Under the pieces are notes generated by a model. That model was not told where the DNA came from and did not search any database. It was given only the letters and a program-made list of their open reading frames with translations. From Malacoraja senta (Eukaryota): a stretch of DNA of 64,000 bases. The position numbers and the translations under genes are program-made. Within the stretch, counting starts at the first letter, position 1; every line of letters starts with the position of its first letter. Shown piece after piece: positions 27,481 to 39,085 of this stretch. Location: contig CM075988.1 in assembly GCA_038087875.1 (NCBI GenBank), positions 8,558,001-8,622,000 on the forward strand, read 5' to 3'.

Positions 27481-27526
27481 ACCGAATGGGAACTGTCCCA
27501 CACCTTCTGTTCAGCCTGGTCAGGAC

Positions 27527-30500
27527 ATGGAGGCAGTCATTAGGTTGAAGGATTTAGAGCTGGCAATGAAAGAGGAGGAGACCAAAAGAGCAGAGGAGGA
27601 GACCAAAAGAGTCTCCCAAGAGGAGGAGACCAAAAGAGCAGAGATTCAGCTGCGTGGGGCTGAGGAGGAAACCAAGAGGGCAGAGATTAGGCTGCGGGAG
27701 AAGGAATTGGATGCCTCCCGGGTTTCTTCTAGGGAACGGGAGTTTGATATGAGCAAGAACATCCGCCTGGTTCCCCCCTTTAGTGAGAAGGATGTAGACA
27801 AGTTTTTCACAGTGTTTGAACGGGTGGCTTTGTCCTTGAAGTGGCCTAGGGACGTGTGGACCTTGCTATTGCAGTGTGTCCTTGTGGGTAAAGCACGGGA
27901 GGTGTACTCGTCTTTGTCTGTAGAAAGCAGTCTGGACTATGAGTGTGTGAAGTCTACAGTATTAAGGGCTTATGAATTAGTTCCAGAGGCGTACCGGCAG
28001 AAATTCCGGCGCTTTAGGAAGTTTGATAGTCAGACTTATGTGGAGTTTGTTAGGGAGAAGGAGGCACATTTTGACAGGTGGTGCGCTTCTCAAGGAGTGA
28101 AGGATATTGGGCAACTGCGGGCCTTGATGATTATGGAAGACTTTAAGAACTGTCTCCCTGAGAGGGTTACTACTTACCTTAATGAGCAGAAGGTGAATGA
28201 GGTGTCTAAAGCTGCGGTGTTGGCAGATGAGTATGTATTGACTCATAAAACAGATTTTGTTGGGCGCTCCTATAGTTTTGGTGGACGGCCGGTTGATCGT
28301 GGTGGTGTCGCCGGTGGCAGTGTCAAAGGTGTTTCTGTGCCTGCAAGTGGCAGCACGTTGATACATGAGGAGGTCCGAGCTGATAAGGTTGACGGAAATT
28401 TGAGGACTAACGAAGGTCCTATGTGCTACTATTGTAGAGGGAGAGGGCACATGTTAAACGCGTGTCCCGTTCTGAAGCAGAAAAATGCAAAGCCTGTGGC
28501 TTTGGTGGGTACACAGAAGGCACCTGTGGTACCTGAGGTGCCTGAGTCTGATGAGTGTAGGAATTATTCTGCGTTCATCATGAATGGTTTTGTTTCTCTG
28601 GAGGATGGGGGTGATAGAGTTCCAGTATCCATCTTGCGTGATACTGGTGCTACTCAGTCCTTTATATTGGAGAGTGTACTGATGTTTTCTGGGGAATCAT
28701 CCGTTGGGTCAAGTGTCCCCGTGGTAGGATTCGGGATGGATGGCATGGTAGTGCCTTTGCATACCATAAGTCTCGAGTCTGAGTTGGTTTCAGGCCGGGT
28801 AACTGTTGGGTTACGGCCGTGTTTTCCCGTTGAGGGAGTTTCAGTAATTTTGGGGAATGACTTGGCAGGAGGTAGAGTTTTAGTTACTCCTGAGGTGACG
28901 GCTGTTCCGATGGTGCAGAGTCCTGATAGATTGGCTATGCAGCATCCGAGGGTTTTCGCAGCTTGTGCTGTCACGAGGGCTATGGCTAAGAGCCAGGCGA
29001 AGTTTGGGGATGTAGTGGACCTGAGTGAGAGCATTTTTGGGGATCAGGATGATGGATCCTGTGTTGTGAAGGGTGTTTCTACATCTCAAGATGGGATAAT
29101 GTCTGGAAATGGGCCGGTGTCGCTGTCACGTGACCGGCTGGTTGAGGAGCAAAAGAGTGATCCAGGTTTATCTGATCTGTTCGACTGCGCGGTGCCTGAG
29201 GGGGATATGGAGTCCACAGCAAAGGGGTATTTTCTAAGGGAGGGCTTACTGATGCGATAGTGGTCTCCCTTGGATATATCTGGGCATGATGATTGGAGCG
29301 TGGTTGATCAGATTGTGATACCTCGTCGGTATAGGGACGAGATACTCTGTTTGGCTCATGATGGTCCTCTGGGTGGACATTTGGGGGTCAATAAGACGTA
29401 TGACCGGATCTAACGGAATTTTTTTTGGCCAGGGTTGAAAAAGGACGTGAAACAGCAGTGCAGGTGTTGTCACATTTGCCAGGTGGCAGGAAAGCCGAAC
29501 CAATCGATTGTTCCTGCACCTTTATATCCAATCCCTGTGGTCGGTGAGCCGTTTGAGCGGATTTTAGTTGATTGTGTGGGTCCTCTACCTCGGACAAGGG
29601 TGGGTAACAAGTTTTTATTGACAATTATGTGTGCGTCTACCCGCTTTCCGGAGGTGGTCCCTTTGCGTAGAATTACTGCCCCTACCATTGTGAAGTCTCT
29701 CACTAAGTTTTTTTTGTTGTTCGGTTTGACCAAGGTTGTGCAGAGTGACCAAGGTTCCAACTTCATGTCGAAGGTTTTTGGTCAGGTAATGAAGTTGTTA
29801 GATATTAAGCATTGTTACTCCAGTGCGTATCACCCTGAGAGCCATGGAGCTCTCGAGAGGTTTCACCAGACTTTGAAATCTATGTTGAGGACTTACTGCC
29901 TGGAGTTTGAAAAAGACTGGGATGAAGGGGTTCATCTAGTTATGTTTGCGGTGCGTGAGGTCGTGCAGGAGTCTTTAGGGTTCAGTCCTGCTGACCTGGT
30001 GTTCGCGCATACTGTACGTGGTCCGTTGAGGGTCCTAAAGGAGAAATGGTTGCAGGAGGATACAAAACGTAGTATTTTAGACCACGTCTGTACCTTTCGG
30101 TCTAGACTAAAGAGGGCATGCGAACTGGCAATGGGTAATCTTGCTTCTGCTCAGTCTAGGATGAAGGGGTGGTTCGACAGGAAGGCTTCTAGTAGGAATT
30201 TTTCTCCAGGTGACAAGGTCCTGGTGTTGTTGCCTATTCCTGGTTCCAGTCTGCAGGCTCGGTATAGCGGTCTCTATCAGGTGGTTAAGAAGGTTGGTGA
30301 AAGGGATTATGTTATTGGTACCCCTGATCGAAGGCGTAAGACTCAGCTCTGTCATGTCAACATGATGAAGCAGTACCATGAGCAGGAGCCTGTGGAGGTT
30401 GATGGGGAGGTGCTGTGTCCTTTGGTTTTGTCTAAGCCTGTTTTGGCTGCAGTGGTGCTGCCCCCTGACACGGGTGGTGATGTGGGTGAGGCACGGTTGT

Positions 30501-31920
30501 CTGTGGCAGTGACGCAGGGAAGGCTGTGTAACTCTGAGGCTTTGGAGTCGCTTCCCTTGTGGTTGTCTCATTTGACTGAAAGTCAGCGGGGTGATCTGCT
30601 TGATTTGGTGGAGTCAAATGGGTCACTGTTCTCGGATGTGCCTTCTCAGACGTCTGTGCTGCAGCATGACATTGACGTGGCCGGTGCTGCGCCAATTAAA
30701 CAGCATCCGTATCGGGTCAACCCTGACTGGCGTCTTCGTCTAGGGAGTCAGGTTGACTATATGCTGCGGCATGGCATTGCTGAACCTAGTTGTAGTCCGT
30801 GGAGTTCTCCGTGTCTACTGGCTACGAAGGCTAATGGGGAGGACAGGTTTTGCATGGACTTTCGGAAAGTGAATGGTTTAACTAAGCCGGATTGCTATCC
30901 TCTCCCACGAATGGATTGCGTGGATCGTGTGGGAAGTGCACCTTTTGTGTCCAAATTGGACTTGTTAAAAGGGTATTGGCAAGTTCCTTTGACTAGGCGG
31001 GTGAGGGAGATCTCTGCGTTCGTTACGCCTGATAACTTTCTTCAGTACACAGTAATGGCATTTGGGATGCGCAATGCGCCGGCAACCTTCCAACGGTTGG
31101 TGAACATTGTATTGTCTGGTTTGTCCTTCTGTGAGGCAAACCTTGATGATTTGGTTGTGTGCTCCAGGTCGTGGATCGAACACATCTGAAGGAGGTATTT
31201 CATCGTCTAGTGGAGGCAAAACTAACGATCAATCTGGAGAAGTGTGAGTTTGGCCAGGCCACGGTAACGTATCTGGGTAAGGTGGTGGGCCGGGGTCAGG
31301 TTCGCACTCTCAAGGAAAAGGTGGGGCATATTGTCGCATTTCCTGCTCCAACCTCGAGGACTGAACTCTGTAGGTATCTGGCTATGGTTGGGTACTATAG
31401 AGGATTCTGTCCAAACTTCTCTGCGACGAATTTGCTGAGTCCGAAGGTAGCTTTTGTGTGGTCCGCAGAGTGTCAACAAGCCTTTGATCATGCTAAAAGT
31501 CTTCTGGTGCGCGCACCTGTGCTTGCGGCACCTGATTTTGAGCGTCCATTTAAGCTGGCAGTGGATGCTAGTGATCGTGGGGTTGGGGGAGTTCTTCTAC
31601 AGGATGATTCAGATGGGGTGGAGCATCCAGTTTCGTACTTCTCTAAGAAGTTTAATCGTCATCAGAAGTGGTACTCCACCATTGAGAAAGAAGCCCTTGC
31701 TATTTTAATGTCTCTGAATCATTTCGAGGTTTATGTTGGCTCCTCGAATGTCCCTGTCATCGTACTCACGGATCATAATCCGTTGGTATTTTTGAAAAGT
31801 ATGAAGAATAAGAGCCGGAGGTTAATGAGCTGGAGTTTGCAGCTGCAAGACTACAATCTGGAGGTCAGGCATATCCGTGGCAAGGATAATGTCTTGGCTG
31901 ACGCTTTGTCGAGCCAGTAG
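27527..31920 (+). pseudogene. Disrupted gag-pol polyprotein (SCAN-like capsid, CCHC, protease, integrase, RT, RNase H)
   Basis: Motifs in order: CYYCRGRGHMLNAC; LRDTGATQS; AHDGPLGGH...CHIC; VDCVGP / SDQGSNF / ALERFHQ; SKLDLLKGYWQ / FGMRNAPATFQ / NLDD; VDASD / EKEAL / TDHNPL / LADALS. In-frame stops at 29258 and 29411 and a frameshift near 31180. Confidence 0.93.
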
Positions 31921-31997
31921 AGTATTAGCTCCTGAATAGTTTCTGGGATTTGGTGGTGTTTTTTTCTCTCTTCTTCCGAAACTTATTCAGTATCTTT

Positions 31998-32006
31998 GGG
32001 TGGGGG
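31998..32006 (+). promoter_or_regulatory. Polypurine tract
   Basis: GGGTGGGGG immediately before LTR3. An identical copy lies at 27022-27030. Confidence 0.8.
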
Positions 32007-32575
32007 TGTTAGGCGCTTCCCCCCCTGGTGAATGCTATGTACTTACCTTTCTCTGTTTCTCTCCTTGTGGCTGTGTCTGGAATCAAGGGGTTAAAAGGCT
32101 CCTGTACCCGATTGGCCAAGCTGCGTCAGGTGACGGGTGACTCATCTGAAGCTTAAATACCAGAGTCTCCCAGGATTCTCTCTCTTCTTCATCGACCCTG
32201 ACTTGTGAGCTGACTGCTGGAGTGAGCTGCGGAAGGCATGGCCACCTGGCATAGAACTTTGTGTACTTTCACCATTACTTATTAACAAATATTGAATTGG
32301 GACGGATAAGGGCTGACCTTAGTGTTTTTGTGTATTTTGTTTCAGGGTTATATCTCTTTAGGCAGGTTTTAGAGTCTCTGGTTCGACGGTCCATCACGTG
32401 GCTGGCTGAAGCACTGTTAAATTGTTTGTTAGTCCATCCATATCCCTGACTGGGTTGTTTGAATCAGGTTTGGGTTTTGTGTTCCATTGAATGATTAAAA
32501 CTACTTTTGAACTTGAACCTGGTTTTTGAATAATGTTACGCGGCTCTGAAGTACCTGCATTCGGGAGTCGTAACA
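32007..32575 (+). repeat. 3' LTR (LTR3, 569 bp)
   Basis: Copy of LTR1 with small deletions near its 5' end. Ends TAACA before the TSD. Confidence 0.95.
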
Positions 32576-33099
32576 GAGTCTTACAACGTAGAAACAGGCC
32601 CAAATTGGAATCGAAAACCAGAGGACACAGGTTTGAGGTGAGGAGGAGAAAGTATTAATAGGGGTAACTTTTTCATGCAAAGGGTGGTAAGTGTATGGAA
32701 GTAGTTGGAAGTAGTTAAGGCAGGTACTATGAGAACGGTTATGAAACATTTAGAGAGGTACATGGATAGGACAGGTTTAGACGGAAATGGGCCAAATGCA
32801 GGCAAGGTGGGTCTAGTGTAAATGGGACATGTTGCCCGATGTGGGCAAGCTGGGCCAAAGGCTTGTTTCCACACTGTAAGACTCTATGACTAATTGTCTA
32901 TGATAAATTTATTATTTCGTGACGTATACCAATATATGTGCAACTTACACGTAAATACTCTACCTTGATCTTCTTTTTGCCTTATCAATTCCGCACTAAA
33001 CCAATCTTATGACAAGAGAGATCCCTGGCCCAATCTCCCACCCTGAATCCATCTCCAATCTGATCGGTGAGATTCCTGAGTAGTGGAGGGACTTTCAAA

Positions 33100-33506
33100 G
33101 TGTCGGGTACTTTTCGACGCTGCCGTTCCGGCGCCGCCGATTCGGCGCTGCCGTTTTGGCGCCGCTGTTTCGTCGCCTCCGTTTATAATATCTGTACTCA
33201 TCAGAACCCTAACCCTAACCTCTGTAAATACCTCCAGATAAATAAAAGTGTTCCATGCGTCACAATACTCCGGGATAGTGAATTCCAGAGATTCATCACC
33301 CTCTGCAAGAAGTTCCTATGCCAAGGATATTGCAAGTGAGATCAGCTTTATGTTAACAAGTTTGGAAATCATTTTCCACTGGCCCACCGCTGTGGCACCC
33401 TAACCCTAACCCATACCCTAACCCATACCCTAACCCTAACTCTAACACAAAACAGCGGTGCCCAAACGGCAGCGCCGAAATGGCGGCGCCGAATGGTACC
33501 ATTCTG
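33100..33506. mobile_element. Non-autonomous DNA transposon with 8-bp TSD and internal (CCCTAA)n tracts
   Basis: CTTTCAAA at 33092-33099 and 33507-33514. GC-rich subterminal inverted repeats. Telomere-like tracts at 33205-33220 and 33397-33446. Confidence 0.7.
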
Positions 33507-34659
33507 CTTTCAAATGTAGGCAGCAGTCTCCACACCAGAATTGCTTTAATAGCTGGATAAACCTCACCTTAAGTTTATCAAACAGATTTTTTTTTTTGAA
33601 TGACTCTGACATTCACATTCAAAACAATTATAAAACCAAAATGTAATACAAACAAAATCACTGGAAAAAATATAATTACACTTCAATTAAACAAATTAAA
33701 CATAAAGAATATAAATGTAAGTTGCACCTCAAATACTTCCACACAGTTTTTTTTTCCATTCAAATGAATTAACTCACTGGATATATTCCAGATCTACTTT
33801 ATTTCGTAAGTTCATGTCAGAATTAGGCCATTCAGCCCATCGAGTCTACTCCGCCATTCAATCCCGGCTGATCTATCTTTTCCCACTCAACCCCATTCTC
33901 CTGTCTTCTCCCCATAACCTTTGACACCCTCACTAAACAAAAGCCTGCCAATCTCTGCTTAAAAAATACCCAAAGACTCGGCCTCCACAGCTGCCTGTGG
34001 CAATGAATTCCACAGATTCACTCCAATCTGGCAAAAGAAAGTCCTCCTTCTCTCCTTTCTAAAGGTACATCTAGAGCTCTAGTGGTTAGTGGAGTCAAGG
34101 GATATGGGGAGAAGGCAGGCACGGGTTACTGATAGGGGACGATCAGCCATGATCACAATGAATGGCGGTGCTGGCTCGAAGGGCCAAATGGCCTCCTGCA
34201 CCTATTTTCTATGTTTCGATGTTTCTATGTTTCTACATCCTTTGATTCTGAGTACAGATTATGAATGCATTTTTCCCCAAAAACATGATTCAGACATTCA
34301 CGTGCCCTGACTGGACTGACCTTCAACAAATGCACAGTCAGAGTCCTCAGCATGGGAGTTTCAAGCTCCTGTAACCATGATTGAACTGCGGAGTAGACTC
34401 GATGGGCCGAATGGCTTAATTTTGCTCCTAAGGCTTATGAACTAATAGCTGGCAGTTCCATGCAAAAACGCCAGACATTTTAAGGACAGATTCAGCAATA
34501 GCTTAAGATTTAAATGTTTTACAGAATTTGTCTTTCCAGAATAAAATGCAACTGAAACCGACACAAATTTAGAGTTAAAGATTGTTGGAATTAACTTGCG
34601 ATAGAGCTATTAAATGGGCCAGACCATTTTTAGTGCGAATGTATTAAATTAAGTGTTAT

Positions 34660-34960
34660 AGTTTAGTTTAGAGATACAGCACGGTTACAGGTACTTCTGT
34701 CCACCGAGTCCGCGCTGACCAGCGATCCCTGCACACGAATGCTATCCCACACACACTAGGGACAATTTACAATTATACCAAGCCTATTAACCAACAAGAC
34801 TGCACGTCTTTGAAGTGTGGGAGGAAACCAAAGATCCCGGAGAAAACCCACGCAGGTCACGGGGATATTGTGTGCAAACTCTGTACAGACAAGCAACCAT
34901 AGTCAGGATCGAACCCGGGTCTCTGGCGCTGTAAGGCAGCAACTCTACCACTGCGCCACC
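34660..34960 (-). mobile_element. HE1-like V-SINE
   Basis: A box (TGGCGCAGTGG), B box (GGTTCGATCC), V domain and CR1-like tail on the minus strand. Confidence 0.85.
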
Positions 34961-37551
34961 GCGCCGCTTACAAAGATGAGGCAGGGGGGATTCGGTATGG
35001 CTGGGCGTTCCCCTTGGACAAGGGAAGAGGGGAGGCCTCTTTGGCTCAGAGTTTGTTTTCCGAGCTGAGTGTGGAGCCCCGCCAGTCGAGACAAGGAGAC
35101 GGACAGCGACGGACAGGGCAGAGTGGCTACGTGCGGCCTTCAGCCAAAGGACACAGGAGCAGGAAAAGAACTCACTCATGAAATGGGTTGCAATTGTCCC
35201 AGAATGACAATGTGAAATAGCAGATGGTGTTCAGGTCCACAGAACGATAATGTTTGCAGAGAGAACTGTGAATCCAAATAATCACGCAGTCTATTAATTC
35301 CCTGTCAGCCCGCGCAGACCTATCTGGAATTCCCAACGCATAGCTCACTGACAGCTCCAATTGCCACACTGATTTAGAAAAGAAGAGATTTTTCCATTTA
35401 CATAGTACTTGGGGGACTCATCATGTATTGAAATTACTTTCTTGTTCTCTTTTTTGTCTGTTCATCAAGGTGAGAGGGCGGCAATGCTGGGGACCAGAAC
35501 TCTTTGTGTCAGGGCGAGTCAGAAATAATTTTTTTCTTTCTGCTGTCCTCTTGATTTCTTTTGCACAGCCCCCGAACAATGCCATTCTAACTGAAATTGA
35601 TTTTCCTTTTAGTATTTTACTCCATAACTGCCTTTCTGTTAAGGCAGTCAGTCTGAGGTGGTGAAACCTGAGAATAATGTCAAGTCGCCCTTTGTGCTTG
35701 CTCAGTCAGTGGCCGGCTGTGGATCTGACTGCGTTAAGATGCGAGAAGAAAATACATGACTCTTTAACCCTTCACCTGTTCATGAGGCAGAAGTGGTGAA
35801 ATATTAAGGACCTAATGCTGCTAACTTTTGTATGAAGTCTCTTGGCTTTAGCAGCGAGAGTCTTTTAGTTCAGTATAGTTTAGAGGTACAGCGCGTAAAC
35901 AGGCCCTTCAACGATCAGCGATCCCCGCACATTAATATTATACTACACACACTAGGGACAATTTACACGTATACCAAGCCACTTGACCTACTAATCTATA
36001 CGTCTTTGGAGTTTGGGAGGAAATCGAAGATCTTGGAGAAAACCCACGCGGTCATGGGGAGAACGTACAAACCCTGCACAGTACAGCACCCGTAGTCGGG
36101 ATCGAACCCGGGTCTCCTGCACTGCCAGCGCTGTAAGGCAGCAACTTTACCGCTGCGCCACCGTGTCACCATGTCTTGTGCCCAGAGTACGTGCATCGGG
36201 AACCAGAGGACATAGGTTTAAGGTGAGGGGGGAAATATTTAATAGGTACCTTTTTACACAAAGGGTGGTGGGTATACGGAATGAGCTGCCGCGGGAGGTA
36301 GTTGAGGAAGGTACTATAACAACGTTTAAGAGACATTTGGACAGGTACATGGACAGGATAGGTTTAGAGGTATATGGGCCAAGCACGGGCAGGTGGGTCT
36401 AGTTCCGATAGGGCATGTTGATCGGTGAGAGCAAGTTGGGCCAAAGGGCCAGTTTCTACACTGTATGACTCTATGACTGATTTGATACACATGAGCCACA
36501 AATCCAGTTGTGACTATCTGTAGCTTTTATTTATCCCTCCCTTCCCTCTTTATTTCCTCTTTCTCTCTGTTCTCCATTATATATGGAGTCAAGCAACATA
36601 GAAACATACCCTGCAGCTCTCCGAGTCTGCACCGAGCATCATAGCTACTAATCTCATTTATTTCTCCCCATGTTCCCTTAAGCTGCCCCACTCATTCTGA
36701 CACACTCGGTGTAGTTTAAAGTGGCCAATTAACCTTACCAATTAACCACACATCTTTGGGATGTGGGAAGAAACTGGAGCAGCGGTAGGAAACCCATGCC
36801 GCCACAGGAAGAACGTGCAAACTTCACACAGACAGCACCAGAGATCAGGTCAGTGGATACGTTTACATAACACCACACTCCAGCTTCTGTCCTGATTTGC
36901 TTTCCCTGCCTGGGTAGATTGTTAAATATTCTGTTGGGGAGGATTTGAGAACCTTGAATTTAGAAGAAAGCAAATGAGGAAATCCAGAAGCAAACACCTC
37001 TTTGTTTAAAGCATCCCCAAAACTATGTGATATAGGGGGCCAACAAAACCTTTGTGGTACATGGTTCAGAGAGGATATTAAGATTTATTTTTTGCACTTA
37101 CATTCCCAGGATGTAGCTGTTAAGTGTCACTGGAAAGGTCAGTGTTTCCTACCCTTCCTTAATGTCCATCGGTGAGATGCAAGGGAAGCCACCTTCATGG
37201 ATATCAGCAGCAATTCTAGAGAAGGTGCTTGATAATGCTGTTGGATGGGTAGTTCTTGGATTTTACGTTTGAAATACAGCATGGAAACAGATCCTTCAGC
37301 TCACCCAGTCTACACCAGCCATCGACCATCCGTTCACACTAGTGTGTAGGAAGTAACAGCAGATGCTGGTTTACACCAAAAATACACACAAAATGCTGGA
37401 GTAATTTTTCCAGAGATGCTGCCTGACCTGCTGAGTTGTTCACACTAGTTACATGTTATCTCACTTTCTCATCCACTCTCCACACACGGAAGACAATTTT
37501 GTAAAGGTTAATTAACCTACAAACCCGCACGGCCTTGGGATGTGGGAGGAA

Positions 37552-38390
37552 CAGAAGCAGAGGTGAAGGGGGACAAGATGGTGGCGCCTGTCGGCAGCGG
37601 CCTCTGCAGTCCGTCTGTCTTTTTTAATTTTTTGTCTTGTTAAGTGGATGTCTTGGTTTTAGTTTGTATATTATTTTTAGCTGTGTATATGTGGGGGACG
37701 GGGGTGGGGTGGGGGGAAACTTTTAATCTCTTCCTGTACTGGGACCCGACTTTTCCTTGTCGAGTCTCCATTGTCGTTGGGCCTAACATCGTGGAGCCTG
37801 CGGCGTCCAACCGGAATCGACCTGGGGCTCCAGTCGCAGAGCCTGTGGACTCACCATCGCGGAGCTGGCCGACTTCGGAGTGCGGAGCGCTGTGGTGGCA
37901 CGCGGCTGTGACCCGACTTCGGAGCTCGGAGGCTTCGGCTGCAGGCCCTGTGGACGGTAACATCGGGTGCTCGCGGGTCCCTGGTAGGAGACCGCTTTTC
38001 GGAGATCCCGCAACGGCAAACTTCGCCCGCCCAATCGAGGGGTTTAAATCGACCCGGAGCGGGGTCTTACATCGCCCGGCGCGGCTTAAACGGCCGCGGG
38101 ACTTACCATCGCCCGCCGGGGGGGGAGCTCTAACATTTAACATCAGGAGCCTCGATCGGCTCGATGCAGCAGTTTGGCTGCTTGACTGCGGGAGAGGAGA
38201 ACGGGGAAGAGATAAGACTTTTGCCTTCCATCACAGTGAGGAGGTGTTTGGGGATTCACTGTGATGGATGTTTTGTGTGTAATTGTGTAATTGTGTGTTT
38301 TGGTTTTTTTGTTTGATGATGACTGCAGAAACATAATTTCGTTTGAACTTATGTTTAAATGACAATAAACGATTCTGATTCTGATTCTGA
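37552..38390 (+). mobile_element. GC-rich non-autonomous retroposon, apparently full length, nested in a V-SINE
   Basis: 5' CAAGATGGTGGCG, GC-rich body, 13-bp hairpin at 38227-38268, AATAAA plus (GATTCT)n tail. It interrupts GTGGGAGGA|AACCTGAGCA of a minus-strand SINE. Confidence 0.7.
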
Positions 38391-38783
38391 AACCTGAGCA
38401 GCCGCGGGAAACCCACGTGGTCACAGGGAGAATATGCAAACTCCGCGCAGACAGCACCCGAGGTCAGAATCGAACCCAGGTCTCGGGCGCTGTGAGGCAG
38501 CTACACTACCAGCTGTGCTGCTGTACCACCATTTAACATCCATTTTGAGTCGTTGTTGATTATAAGATCATAAGGTCATAAGTGACAGGAGCTGAATTAG
38601 GCCATTCGGCCCATCAAGTCCTACTCCGCCATTCAATCATGGCTAATCAATCTCTCCATCCTAACCCCGTTCTCCTGCCTTCTCCACATCTCTGACACCT
38701 GTACGAATCAATAGTGATCAATGATAGAGGAAAGGTGATTACTGTGGGTGTGACCTGAAGGGGAACCTAAACCTAATCTAAAC

Positions 38784-39085
38784 GGGCGGCCATGGTGGCC
38801 CAGCTGTTGAGTTGCTGCCTTACAGCGCTGGAGACCCGGGTTCGATCCCGACTACGGGTGGTGTCTGTATGGCATTTGTACGTTCTCCCTGTGACCACGT
38901 GGGTTTTCTTCGAGATCTTCGGTTTCCTCCCTGTTCCAAAGAAGTACAGGATTGTAGGTTAATTGGCTTGGTTTAAATGTAAAAATGGTCCCTAGTGTGT
39001 GTAGGGTAGTGTTAATGTCGGTGCGGACTCGGTGGGCCGGAGGGCCTGTTTCCGTGCTGTATCTCTAAACTAAAAACTAAACTAA
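38784..39085 (+). mobile_element. HE1-like V-SINE
   Basis: tRNA-like head, CGTTCTCCCTGTGACCACGTGGGTTTTC V domain, and GGGCCTGTTTCC...(CTAAA)n tail. Confidence 0.85.

Larger units (their letters stand above)
26176..32575 (+). mobile_element. Gmr1-like Ty3/Gypsy LTR retrotransposon complex with three LTRs
   Basis: TG...CA termini (TGTTA/TAACA). 5-bp TSD GAGTC at 26171-26175 and 32576-32580. Domain order gag-PR-IN-RT-RH. Confidence 0.95.

Noticed and set aside
29258..29260. TAG between the protease and integrase regions as programmed readthrough
   Set aside because: A second in-frame stop at 29411 inside the integrase zinc-finger region, a later frameshift and NLDD point to neutral decay.
27977..31219. 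Several antisense ORFs within gag-pol
   Set aside because: Shadow ORFs of the sense coding sequence, with no independent motifs.
33397..33446. Telomeric repeat suggesting a chromosome end or fusion site
   Set aside because: Short, degenerate, single orientation, and enclosed in a TSD-bounded element.
37644..38264. 206-aa ORF with hydrophobic N-terminus (also 43714..44256)
   Set aside because: Lies in a GC-rich repeat that is open on both strands for compositional reasons; no domain recognised and no equivalent full ORF in related copies.
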